Positions 48,873 to 57,913 of a stretch of 64,000 nucleotides of DNA are shown piece by piece (position 1 is the stretch's first letter; each line of letters begins with the position of its first letter). This DNA is from Candidatus Chisholmbacteria bacterium. GTDB lineage: Bacteria > Patescibacteriota > Microgenomatia > UBA1400 > Chisholmbacteraceae. Below the pieces are notes generated by a model. The model did not search any database and had not been told where the DNA came from. It worked only from the letters and a program-made list of their open reading frames with translations. The stretch spans positions 203,011-267,010 of the forward strand of contig CAVPHZ010000002.1 in assembly GCA_963704905.1 (NCBI GenBank). The letters run 5' to 3'. The position numbers and the translations under genes are program-made.

Positions 48873-49038
48873 TTGACAGCCACTGCTATACTATTTAGTA
48901 GAAACAATCTTTGCCTTGATCCAGCCTCACCAATTGGGAAGCAAAGCGTCAACCCGCGAACGGGGAGAATAAAGACCAAATCAGGATGGAACCGTCTTGA
49001 GCGCAGCGAAAGACTCCTGAATAAGGGGTCTTTTTTTT
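48873..49038 (+). promoter_or_regulatory. Candidate T-box leader upstream of thrS (promoter TTGACA 48873-78; antiterminator with UGGAACC bulge; terminator 49011-49038)
   Basis: Seen directly: AAATCAGGATGGAACCGTC matches T-box consensus AAUUAGGGUGGNACCGCG. Helix A1 CAGGA/TCCTG, 7-nt bulge TGGAACC (48987-93), helix A2 GTCTT/AAGAC, overlapping terminator AGACTCC-tgaataa-GGGGTCT followed by T8. Confidence 0.55.
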
Positions 49039-49094
49039 GTATTCGTTATAAATTTTAGATAATATGCTTCCCGCCGAAGTGTCTGATCTCGAAC

Positions 49095-50945
49095 ATGGCA
49101 GGATGTGCAATTAGTCGAAACTCGCGAAACGAAGAAGGGTATCCGAATATAAATATGTCAATGCAAAACAGCCATACAGATAAAGCTGACAAATTCTTGT
49201 CAATTCGTCATAGTGCAGAACACGTCCTCAGCCAAGCTATGCTGAAACTGTTTCCTGGCATCAAAATGGCCATGGGACCAGCTACAGAGGATGGATTTTA
49301 TTTCGACTTTGATCCAACCGCAAAGGGTGGGGGAGAACACAAAATCAGTGAGGATAATTTTCCCCAAATCGAAGCAGAGATGAAAACAATAATGTTAAAA
49401 GATCTGCCAATCAAAAAAGAGGAAATTTCAATCAAACAAGCACGTGAATTATTTAAAGGAAATCCATACAAACAAGAATGGCTTGATGAAATAGAATCCA
49501 AGGGGGAATCAGCAACTGTCTACTGGACGGGAGATGAGTTTGTCGATCTCTGTGCAGGGCCGCATGTAAAATCGACTGGGAGAATTACCGCATTTAAGCT
49601 GCTGAGTGTTGCCGGTGCATACTGGCGAGGAAGTGATAAAAATAAAATGCTCACCCGCATCTATGGTACGGCATTTGATAAACAGACTGATCTTGACCAA
49701 TATCTTATTCTTCTTGAACAAGCTAAGCAGAGAGACCATAGAAAACTTGGCAAAGACTTAGATCTTTTCACCTTCTCAGACCTCGTGGGAAAGGGGCTAC
49801 CGCTCTTCACTGAAAAAGGCGCTACCATCTGGAGGGAGATCGAGCGTTTCGTCGTTGATGAAGAAATCAAGCGTGGCTATAAACACGTTAAAACACCCAG
49901 CATTGCCAAAACCGATCTCTACAGAAAATCAGGACATTATCCCTACTACGCGGATACGATGTATCCTCCTATGACCATTGATGATGATGAACTCATCTTA
50001 AGGCCCATGACCTGTCCACACCACTTTGCGCTGTTCATGAGTAAACCTCGCAGCTATAAAGAACTACCGATCCGCTTTGCCGAAATGGCCTCACTTTATC
50101 GATACGAAAAATCTGGTGAACTCACTGGTCTCCTCCGAGTTCGGGAGTTTGTCCTGGCAGACTCTCACAATTTTGTTCGCAAAAATCAGGCTGCCAAAGA
50201 AGTTGGCTTCGTCCTCGACCTGATTGAATATATTGCCAAAGTGTTGAAACTCAAGATAGAAAAAGACTTCGTGTATCGATTATCCTTGGGAGATAGAAAC
50301 AACCTAAAAAAGTACTACGATGCACCAGAGCATTGGGAATTTGCAGAAAATCTCTTAAGAAGAGTACTCAATCAGAGAAAATCTCCATACTACGAAGCCC
50401 CAGATGAAGCAGCCTTTTATGGTCCGAAAATCGATGTACAAATGAAAAATGTGCTTGAAAAAGAAGAAACAGCCTTTACCGTTCAATACGATTTCTGCTT
50501 ACCAGCCAGATTTAATCTTTCCTACATCAATGAAAAAGGAGAAGAAGAACAACCGATAGTCATTCATCGATCATCCGTTGGAGCGATGGAGCGATCAATC
50601 GGTTTTCTCATCGAACATTATGCTGGAGCATTTCCGATTTGGCTTTCTCCCACACAAGTGAAAGTAATCCCTATATCAGATAAACACCTAGCATATGCAG
50701 AAAAGGTCACAAGCGCATTACGGCATGGAGATGTTCGGATCGAGATTGACGACCGCTCGCTCAGCATGCAAAAACGCATTAGAGAAGCAGAGCTACAAAA
50801 AATTCCTTACATGGCAATAGTTGGCGATCGAGAGCAAAAATCAAATACGGTCTCTGTCAGAATGCGAGGGGAAAAAGATCAAGGCAGCATGAAACTAAAC
50901 ATCTTCAAAGACAGAGTCATCCAAGAAATAGCAGAAAAATATTAA
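49095..50945 (+). CDS. thrS: Threonyl-tRNA synthetase (lacking N-terminal TGS domain)
   Basis: Second additional/editing-domain HxxxH region (RHSAEHVLSQAML), class II aaRS motifs, C-terminal anticodon-binding domain; conserved position before infC. Confidence 0.9.
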   Translation: MAGCAISRNSRNEEGYPNINMSMQNSHTDKADKFLSIRHSAEHVLSQAMLKLFPGIKMAMGPATEDGFYFDFDPTAKGGGEHKISEDNFPQIEAEMKTIMLKDLPIKKEEISIKQARELFKGNPYKQEWLDEIESKGESATVYWTGDEFVDLCAGPHVKSTGRITAFKLLSVAGAYWRGSDKNKMLTRIYGTAFDKQTDLDQYLILLEQAKQRDHRKLGKDLDLFTFSDLVGKGLPLFTEKGATIWREIERFVVDEEIKRGYKHVKTPSIAKTDLYRKSGHYPYYADTMYPPMTIDDDELILRPMTCPHHFALFMSKPRSYKELPIRFAEMASLYRYEKSGELTGLLRVREFVLADSHNFVRKNQAAKEVGFVLDLIEYIAKVLKLKIEKDFVYRLSLGDRNNLKKYYDAPEHWEFAENLLRRVLNQRKSPYYEAPDEAAFYGPKIDVQMKNVLEKEETAFTVQYDFCLPARFNLSYINEKGEEEQPIVIHRSSVGAMERSIGFLIEHYAGAFPIWLSPTQVKVIPISDKHLAYAEKVTSALRHGDVRIEIDDRSLSMQKRIREAELQKIPYMAIVGDREQKSNTVSVRMRGEKDQGSMKLNIFKDRVIQEIAEKY

Positions 50946-50984
50946 TCTTCTCCATGGTATAATGCTTTCTCGAGATAACTGAGT

Positions 50985-51512
50985 ATGAAAAGATATTGGC
51001 AAATAAATCACTACATTCAAGCTGATAAGCTTCGCGTGGTTGACGAGGATGGAAATCAAATTGGTGTTATGACCAAAGAGGAGGCACTCAAACAGGCAAA
51101 GGCTGAAGGTCTTGATCTGGTTGAGGTTGCCGCCAATGCAAAACCGCCAGTTGCAAAAATTGTTGAATTTGCAAAATTCAAATATCAAGAAAAGCGAAAG
51201 CACATGGAGGGAAAAAAGAGAGCCAAGACTCAAGATCTTAAAATAATCCGATTCACACCGTTCATTGCTGAAAATGATTTTCAAATTCGCATCAATCGTG
51301 CCAGGGAATTCCTCGAGGAAGGTGACAAAGTCAACCTTGTGGTAAAATTCGTGGGTCGTCAGATCACCAGAAAGGAATTTGGTTTCGAGCTTATCAAACG
51401 AGCCTACAACGAGCTCCAGGATCTTGCTACCATGGAAAGAGAACCAAACTTGAGAGGAAAGCTGTTACTTACGACGCTATCACCAATCAAAAAGTCAAAA
51501 AAAGTAAAATAA
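50985..51512 (+). CDS. infC: Translation initiation factor IF-3
   Basis: INHYIQADKLRVVDEDGNQIGVMTKEEALKQAKAEGLDLVEV pattern; TGgTATAAT extended -10 about 25 nt upstream. Confidence 0.9.
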   Translation: MKRYWQINHYIQADKLRVVDEDGNQIGVMTKEEALKQAKAEGLDLVEVAANAKPPVAKIVEFAKFKYQEKRKHMEGKKRAKTQDLKIIRFTPFIAENDFQIRINRAREFLEEGDKVNLVVKFVGRQITRKEFGFELIKRAYNELQDLATMEREPNLRGKLLLTTLSPIKKSKKVK

Positions 51513-51513
51513 C

Positions 51514-51717
51514 ATGACCAAAACCAAGATGAAAACCAGAAAATCGGTATCCAAACGGTTTAGAGTCACCAAAACTGGCAAGGTTCTTCGACGTACCCAA
51601 AATATGCGACATTTGCGGAGAAAAAAGAGCAAAAAACAGATCCGAAAATATCATGTACCAAAATCAGTAACAGGCAAAATGGCGATAAAAATTAAACGCA
51701 TGCTCGGAGCAGCATAA
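51514..51717 (+). CDS. rpmI: 50S ribosomal protein L35
   Basis: MTKTKMKTRKSVSKRFRVTKTGKVLRR, 67 aa. Confidence 0.9.
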   Translation: MTKTKMKTRKSVSKRFRVTKTGKVLRRTQNMRHLRRKKSKKQIRKYHVPKSVTGKMAIKIKRMLGAA

Positions 51718-51723
51718 ATTGAT

Positions 51724-52080
51724 ATGCGGGTAAAAACCGGTCCTACTAGAAGAAGAAGACACAAGAAGGTTCTCGAACGCACCAAAGGAATGCGCATGAC
51801 CAAAAGTCGTCTCTATAAAGTAGCAAAAGAAGCTGATCTGCATGCCGGTCAATATGCATTCGTTGGTAGAAAACTTCGCAAAAGAGATTTTCGCAGACTT
51901 TGGATTCAAAGAATAAATGCAGGTCTCACAGAGTACGCGAACGGATTGAAATACTCAACCTTTATGAATCTTCTTAAAAAAAGCAACATTGATATCGATC
52001 GTAAAATCCTTGCGGACCTCGCAGTCAAAGATCCTGATACGTTCAAGGCAGTAGTTGAAACAGCCAGCCAATCCAATTAA
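51724..52080 (+). CDS. rplT: 50S ribosomal protein L20
   Basis: MRVKTGPTRRRRHKKVLERTKG..., 118 aa. Confidence 0.95.
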   Translation: MRVKTGPTRRRRHKKVLERTKGMRMTKSRLYKVAKEADLHAGQYAFVGRKLRKRDFRRLWIQRINAGLTEYANGLKYSTFMNLLKKSNIDIDRKILADLAVKDPDTFKAVVETASQSN

Positions 52081-52164
52081 AATGATTCTGATGAAATTAA
52101 ACTCAACCACCACCTTTTTCTTTAGTCCACTGTAAACGAGGGGAGTGTTATTATGGAAAAACCA

Positions 52165-52185
52165 ACTCCCCAAGGGGAGTTTTTT
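52165..52185 (+). terminator. Intrinsic terminator after rplT (ACTCCCC-aa-GGGGAGT + T5), with an upstream alternative partner GGGGAGTG at 52140-52147
   Basis: Perfect 7-bp GC-rich inverted repeat followed by TTTTT; a third copy of GGGGAGT 25 nt upstream could form an alternative hairpin. Confidence 0.5.
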
Positions 52186-52239
52186 AATGTGATTAATTCT
52201 CGATACAAATGTAAGGCGTAAGTGTATTACAATAAACCT

Positions 52240-53226
52240 ATGAATAGTCTAGATCTGCGTGACCAGCTAATCAATTTAAAAAATGAGGCATTAGCACTCA
52301 TTTCCGATGCTGGCTCTACTGAAGAACTCGAATATATTCGTATCACCTACTTGGGGAGAAAAGGAAAAATCAACCAGATTACCACCAAGATGGCAAAACT
52401 TTCTCCTCAAGACCGTTCTCAAACAGGAAAAGCAATAAACGACGCCAAAACCGCAATCGAAAATGAACTCAACCTGAGTCAAAAACAAAAAGATACCCCA
52501 AAAGTAGAAAAATCATTTTTTGATCCAACTGTTCCTTCAATCCGTCCAACGATGGGTCAACTCCATCCAATCACCAAAATCATGCACGAAGTTGAAGACA
52601 TTTTCAGGCATTTCGGCTTCACCGTAGCCTTCGGACCAGAAATCGAGTGGGATGAAATAAACTTCCAAAAGCTTCTTTTGGGACCCGATCATCCGAGTCG
52701 CGACACCCAGGAAACCTATTATTTCGACGAAAATCAACTCCTGCGCGTACATACAAGCTCCGTTCAAATTCGCTATATGCAAAATCACCAGCCTCCCATC
52801 CGCATTATCTCTCCAGGTAGGGTGTACAGACGCGATACCATCGATGCAACCCACCTTCCTAGCTTTCATCAAATAGAAGGTCTCATGGTTGATGAACAAA
52901 CAACGTTAACTGATTTGCTTGGCATCCTTGAATACACAGTCAAGCAACTCTTCGGAGAAAAGAGAAAAGTACGTTTTTACAGCCATCACTTTCCCTACAC
53001 CGAACCGAGCATCGAAGTCGAAATGCAAACTGAGACAGGCAAGTGGATGGAAATTCTTGGGTCTGGCATGGTTCGCCCGCAAGTGCTTGAAAATTGCGGA
53101 ATAGATAGCACCAAGTATCAAGGTTGGGCCTTTGGTATGGGTGCTGACCGCCTAGCCATGCTCAAATACGGTATCAACGACATCAGAAGCTTAGTTGCAG
53201 GAGATCTAAGACTGCTTGACATATGA
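52240..53226 (+). CDS. pheS: Phenylalanyl-tRNA synthetase alpha subunit
   Basis: Class II motifs including FPYTEPS and GMGADRLAML; conserved position after rplT. ORF-track GTG at 52222; ATG 52240 gives a typical N-terminus. Confidence 0.9.
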   Translation: MNSLDLRDQLINLKNEALALISDAGSTEELEYIRITYLGRKGKINQITTKMAKLSPQDRSQTGKAINDAKTAIENELNLSQKQKDTPKVEKSFFDPTVPSIRPTMGQLHPITKIMHEVEDIFRHFGFTVAFGPEIEWDEINFQKLLLGPDHPSRDTQETYYFDENQLLRVHTSSVQIRYMQNHQPPIRIISPGRVYRRDTIDATHLPSFHQIEGLMVDEQTTLTDLLGILEYTVKQLFGEKRKVRFYSHHFPYTEPSIEVEMQTETGKWMEILGSGMVRPQVLENCGIDSTKYQGWAFGMGADRLAMLKYGINDIRSLVAGDLRLLDI

Positions 53227-55214
53227 TAGTTCCAAAATCATGGATCAACCAGTACGTAAACACCAAAGGCATTTCTGATCAAATGTTTGCTCAAGAAATG
53301 ACCTTTGCTGGCAACAAAGTCGAGAACGTTTCAACTCAAGGAAAAGAGACTCTGTTTGAATTCGAAATCACCTCAAATCGTCCAGATACTCTTTCTATCA
53401 TCGGCATCGCCCGAGAAACCGCAGCCGTTTTTGGATTGAACCTGAATATTCCACCAACTCCAAAACTGAAAACCAATCTTCCACCAACCAAAAAGCTTCA
53501 TATTCACGAGGATCACTTATGTCCTACCTATAGCGCAATTGAATTGGAAAACGTCAAAATCGGGAATTCACCACAAAAATTGAAAAAACGGCTGAACGCA
53601 ATTGGAATCAATGCTGTCAATAATATTGTTGATATCACCAACTACATAATGCATGAAACTGGTCAACCAATGCACGCTTTCGACTCGGGAAACATCACAG
53701 GAGCCCTGACCCTTCGTGCTGCAAAACCTGGGGAAACAATCACCTTGCTTGATCACCTGGAAAGAACACTTGCAGGAGGAGAAATTATAATAGAGGACGA
53801 AACAAAACTCATCGATCTTGCTGGTCTGATGGGTGGTGAAAACTCAGAAATTACAGAAAAAACTACCAATGTATATCTATTGGTACCAATCTATGATCCG
53901 ATTGCTATTAGAAGAGCCAGCAAGCACTTAAAGCTCAGAACCGACGCGAGCAACAGGTTTGAAAAAAATCTTGATCTCACACAAACTGAGACTGTACTCG
54001 CCAGAGCCACACAGGATCTGTTAACAACTGCTGGAGGAAAACAAAAAACCTCACCGATTACCAAGAAAGCTGTTTTGCATACCCTAACCTTAACACTCGA
54101 TACAGAAAGAATGAACTCACTCATTGGGATCCAGATTAAACAAGCAGAAGTAGACCATCACCTTGAAAAACTTGGAATCAAAAAGAACAACCACGGCTAT
54201 AAGATACCATCATGGAGAAGAGATCTCGAAAAGGATGTTGATCTAATTGAAGAAATATCAAGACTTCACGGTTACAACCAACTTCCACGGACTCTTCCAA
54301 CAGGAATAATACCAACACACCAAGATGCGTTACAGCCAAACTGGGTCCGGATTGTGCGCGAACAAATTGCTGCACTCGGATTTATCGAAACCTACTCATC
54401 AACCCTCATCAGTCAGAGTCAGTTGGAGTCAATTGGACTCAACCAGGATGACCATTGCAAAGTACTTCATCCAATGTCGAGTGAATACGAATACATGCGA
54501 ATGACAACACTCGAAAATCTCATTCCCTTGATCAAAGAGAATCTCAAGTATACGCAGCAATGTAATCTTTTCGAGCTCGGAACGGTGTTTTACAAACAAT
54601 CAAAAGCAGACAGTCTTCCCAATCAACCATTTGAATTAGGTGCTATTTCTACAAAATATTCATATCCAGAAATGAAGGGCATTATTGAAAATCTAACCCA
54701 ATCGATTGGACTTACCCTATCCTTTCAACCAGCCTCAGATGAAGTAGTTCCATATCTTCATCCATCCAATCAAGCAGAAATGTATGTAGACAGTATTCAA
54801 GTTGGAACGATCGGTCAACTACATCCCAAGCTGGTTCAAATTGATGCTCCTACAACCTGGGTATTTAAGCTCAATATAGATAAACTCACTCAAAAGGCTA
54901 CGTTTTCAAAACAATATCCACAACTTCCTGAGCACCCTCCAATAATCGAGGATCTCACCTTTAGTGTTCCGTCTAAAACATTTTTGGGATTTCTCCTTGA
55001 CGAGGTGAGTGTCTCCGACAAGCTTATCGAAAGTGTCAGGATCAAAGAGATTTTTTCACCTGAACAATCAATCGGAAAAAATATTACCTTTACAATCACC
55101 TACAGACATCCAAAACGGTCATTGAAGGATAAAGAAATAGCACCAATCAGAAAAAAGATAGCAATAAACATGAAAAAGAATTTCAAAGCAGATCTCGTCG
55201 GAAAACTCGAATAA
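53223..55214 (+). CDS. pheT: Phenylalanyl-tRNA synthetase beta subunit (short, ~660 aa)
   Basis: N-terminus MIVPKSWINQYV (cf. MKFS.NWL.EY), B3/4 and B5 region, C-terminal FDBD-like domain; start overlaps pheS stop. Confidence 0.9.
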   Translation: MIVPKSWINQYVNTKGISDQMFAQEMTFAGNKVENVSTQGKETLFEFEITSNRPDTLSIIGIARETAAVFGLNLNIPPTPKLKTNLPPTKKLHIHEDHLCPTYSAIELENVKIGNSPQKLKKRLNAIGINAVNNIVDITNYIMHETGQPMHAFDSGNITGALTLRAAKPGETITLLDHLERTLAGGEIIIEDETKLIDLAGLMGGENSEITEKTTNVYLLVPIYDPIAIRRASKHLKLRTDASNRFEKNLDLTQTETVLARATQDLLTTAGGKQKTSPITKKAVLHTLTLTLDTERMNSLIGIQIKQAEVDHHLEKLGIKKNNHGYKIPSWRRDLEKDVDLIEEISRLHGYNQLPRTLPTGIIPTHQDALQPNWVRIVREQIAALGFIETYSSTLISQSQLESIGLNQDDHCKVLHPMSSEYEYMRMTTLENLIPLIKENLKYTQQCNLFELGTVFYKQSKADSLPNQPFELGAISTKYSYPEMKGIIENLTQSIGLTLSFQPASDEVVPYLHPSNQAEMYVDSIQVGTIGQLHPKLVQIDAPTTWVFKLNIDKLTQKATFSKQYPQLPEHPPIIEDLTFSVPSKTFLGFLLDEVSVSDKLIESVRIKEIFSPEQSIGKNITFTITYRHPKRSLKDKEIAPIRKKIAINMKKNFKADLVGKLE

Positions 55215-55221
55215 AAGAAGG

Positions 55222-57894
55222 TTAAGGAGTCGGAGTAGGAGAGGGAGCGTTGGTTGGCGTTGGTGTCACCTCTTCCCAATCGGCATTCACGCCGATCTTA
55301 AGTTCCCCGCTATCAGCTTCCTTGCCAGCGCTGTTTCTCGCCCGAAACTTCAACGTATGCTGTCCATTTTCAATAAACATGGTTGTTCGAAACGGCTTGG
55401 TTTCCAGCGTATCTCTCACAATACCATCTACGAGAACTTTCACCCATGAAATACTCGAGTCTGAAAATACCTCAATCTCCAAAGTAACATCATTGCTATC
55501 AATTCTCTCCTTATCTTTCGGCTTGTTGACACGCACGACGAGATCATCACCACCCTCACAAATATCAGATGGTGGGTGATAGCGTTCATCTGATTGACCT
55601 GATGTCCATGCATCAATTCCTTCCTGCCAAGCCTCTCGATCTGCTGAAGCCAATAGAGATGGTGCTTTAAAAACAAAGTATTCCTTCTCATCGTAATCTC
55701 CATTGGCAATTTGTGCTTGAGATGCAAGTCGATTTGAAGATCGGCAAATTTTTAGTTTAGTATGAATCGGGTCTTGTCCACTTGAGAGCGTTCCTTTCTC
55801 GAAATACTCACTTCTTGAAGGAAAATCATCATGAGCTGGAAAACCTGACACGGCATCAACAGAATATTGCTCCACTCCAGATGGGGGAGTAAACTCTGGA
55901 TCATCCCTGCTCTCTAACGTTTCCAGGAAAATCCGTCTCCATATCGGAGCTGCTCCCGATACACCAGATGCAACTTGCCGCATTGGACTGTTGTCATTAT
56001 TTCCGACCCAAACGCCAACTACCGCTGTACCATTTGTCCACCCAACCGTCCAATTATCTCGCTGGTCATTTGTCGTTCCGGTCTTTACAGCAATCGGTCT
56101 TCCTGAAATGTTTATTAAACTATTTACACCAAAGGTGATGAGTCTTGCATTGTTATCTGTTAACACCGAGTTGATGAGAAATGCTACATCTTCCGAGAGC
56201 ACCCTGCGACCCTTTACGGGTTTCTGTTCAAAAAGCTCTTTTCCATCTCTATCAACAACCTTTAAAATTGCTACTGGCTCTACCCCATATCCACCATTTG
56301 AAAAAGCACTGTAAGCAGTGACCATATCCAATAACCGAATTTCTCCGCCTCCCAGAGTCACCGATAGTCCAACGCGTCGCATATTTTCAGTGGTTGGCGC
56401 AAGTGTTGTAAATCCCATATCATGCGCAAGCGTCATCATATCTTCAAGCCCAATCAGTTGAAGGAGCTTGACTGCTGGTACATTAATCGAACTACCGAGT
56501 GCTCTGCGCAGTTGCAATGGTCCATGATATTCCCCATCATAATTCACTGGAATATAAGGCTCCTCTTTGGTTTTTCCAGGAAATTCTGTTTGGACATCCA
56601 TGATTGAGTACGCAGGAGAGTATCCTTTTGAAAAGGCCGTTGCATACGTCACAGGTTTTATCGAACTTCCGGGTTGTCTATGTGACAAAGAAACATTCAC
56701 CTGTCCATCATAATCTTCAGCAAAGAAATCTTTGCTCCCAACCATTACTAATATTTCACCTGTTGTAGGTTCGATGACCACTGCAGAGCCATTCGTAATA
56801 TCAAGTGATTCAACCTTTTCAATCTCTTCTGCAACAATCTCTTGAGAACTCTCTTGCAGTTCAAGATCAAGTGATGTAGTGACGGTAAGTCCACCTTGCT
56901 CAACCATCCGGTCGCCGAACATCTCCGAGAGTTGCTCTCTCACATACATAACGAAATGTGGCGCCTTGATATTGCGGTCACCAGCGCTGAATTCGACTTT
57001 CTCAAGTTCTTCAAGCGCAACCTCTTCTTGTTCTCGAGTAATATAGCCATCTTCTCGCATACGTCTGAGAACCTCTGTTGCCCGCCCTCTAAATGCATCT
57101 GGATTTGACCCAAATGGGGAATATGTTGTTGGGCGTTGTGGTAACCCAGCCAGAATCGCAGACTCAACCAGCGTGAGGTCTTGCACATCTTTCTGAAAAT
57201 ACACATCTGACGCTGTTTTAACACCCCATGCCGTACCGCCAAAAGGAGCCTCATTAAGGTACATAAGGAGTATTTCATCTTTACTGAACCGGCGCTCAAT
57301 TTGCACAGCTAAGATGAATTCTTTAATTTTTCGTACGACCGATCGCTCAGATGAGAGCAACACATTTTTTACTAGTTGCTGAGTCAGCGTTGATCCACCT
57401 TGTGCATAGCCCCGAGTAAAAAACCGAGAAAATCCGCGGACCATACCCAGTGGATCAAACCCCTCGTGCTTGTAAAAATCTTTGTCCTCAATAGCGATGA
57501 CTGCCTGTTGCAAGTGAAGGGGAACATGATCAAGTTTAACCGGTACCCTGCGCTCCTCACCATACACGTCCCAAAGTTGTTTCCCATTGCGATCCAAAAT
57601 TTGTGTTGCAAAACCTTCTCGGCGAATAACTTTATCAGGCTGAGGAAGATCCTTCGCAAACCATGCAAATAGAATGGAAAAAACAAAAACTCCTCCAATC
57701 ACTGCCACCAAAGCAGCTAATGCTGCACTGCGTAATAGTTTTGTCCTTTTTGGAGATTTGTATCCAGTCCGAAGAAGTGTAAGCTTCTTCATTCGACGCT
57801 TCCATTCACGCCGCCATGAAACACGTCTTGCCATACGCCACATTGTATATCTTCGTTGTATCCTGATCAATGAATTCTTTACCTTCACTATCAT
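55222..57894 (-). CDS. Class A penicillin-binding protein (GT51 transglycosylase + transpeptidase) with long C-terminal extension; true start probably an internal ATG (about 57792)
   Basis: GT51 motifs (EDKDFYKHEGFD, GGSTLTQQL), transpeptidase SxxK/SxN/KTG motifs (KTGTTND), N-terminal TM after a basic tail. ORF-track start at 57894 would leave only 19 nt to divergent tyrS. Confidence 0.85.
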   Translation of the reverse strand: MIVKVKNSLIRIQRRYTMWRMARRVSWRREWKRRMKKLTLLRTGYKSPKRTKLLRSAALAALVAVIGGVFVFSILFAWFAKDLPQPDKVIRREGFATQILDRNGKQLWDVYGEERRVPVKLDHVPLHLQQAVIAIEDKDFYKHEGFDPLGMVRGFSRFFTRGYAQGGSTLTQQLVKNVLLSSERSVVRKIKEFILAVQIERRFSKDEILLMYLNEAPFGGTAWGVKTASDVYFQKDVQDLTLVESAILAGLPQRPTTYSPFGSNPDAFRGRATEVLRRMREDGYITREQEEVALEELEKVEFSAGDRNIKAPHFVMYVREQLSEMFGDRMVEQGGLTVTTSLDLELQESSQEIVAEEIEKVESLDITNGSAVVIEPTTGEILVMVGSKDFFAEDYDGQVNVSLSHRQPGSSIKPVTYATAFSKGYSPAYSIMDVQTEFPGKTKEEPYIPVNYDGEYHGPLQLRRALGSSINVPAVKLLQLIGLEDMMTLAHDMGFTTLAPTTENMRRVGLSVTLGGGEIRLLDMVTAYSAFSNGGYGVEPVAILKVVDRDGKELFEQKPVKGRRVLSEDVAFLINSVLTDNNARLITFGVNSLINISGRPIAVKTGTTNDQRDNWTVGWTNGTAVVGVWVGNNDNSPMRQVASGVSGAAPIWRRIFLETLESRDDPEFTPPSGVEQYSVDAVSGFPAHDDFPSRSEYFEKGTLSSGQDPIHTKLKICRSSNRLASQAQIANGDYDEKEYFVFKAPSLLASADREAWQEGIDAWTSGQSDERYHPPSDICEGGDDLVVRVNKPKDKERIDSNDVTLEIEVFSDSSISWVKVLVDGIVRDTLETKPFRTTMFIENGQHTLKFRARNSAGKEADSGELKIGVNADWEEVTPTPTNAPSPTPTP

Positions 57895-57913
57895 CTGGTA
57901 TAGTATACCTAGT

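Noticed and set aside
48873-49058. ORF-track ORF of 61 aa upstream of thrS.
   Set aside because: The sequence is better explained as the T-box-like leader RNA (antiterminator/terminator) of thrS; no RBS and its 'start' is the promoter hexamer region.
49048-49076. TTGTAT-N17-TAATAT promoter-like sequence immediately after the T-box terminator and before thrS.
   Set aside because: In this AT-rich context such hexamers occur by chance; it would compete with the T-box interpretation. Left as a note rather than a feature.
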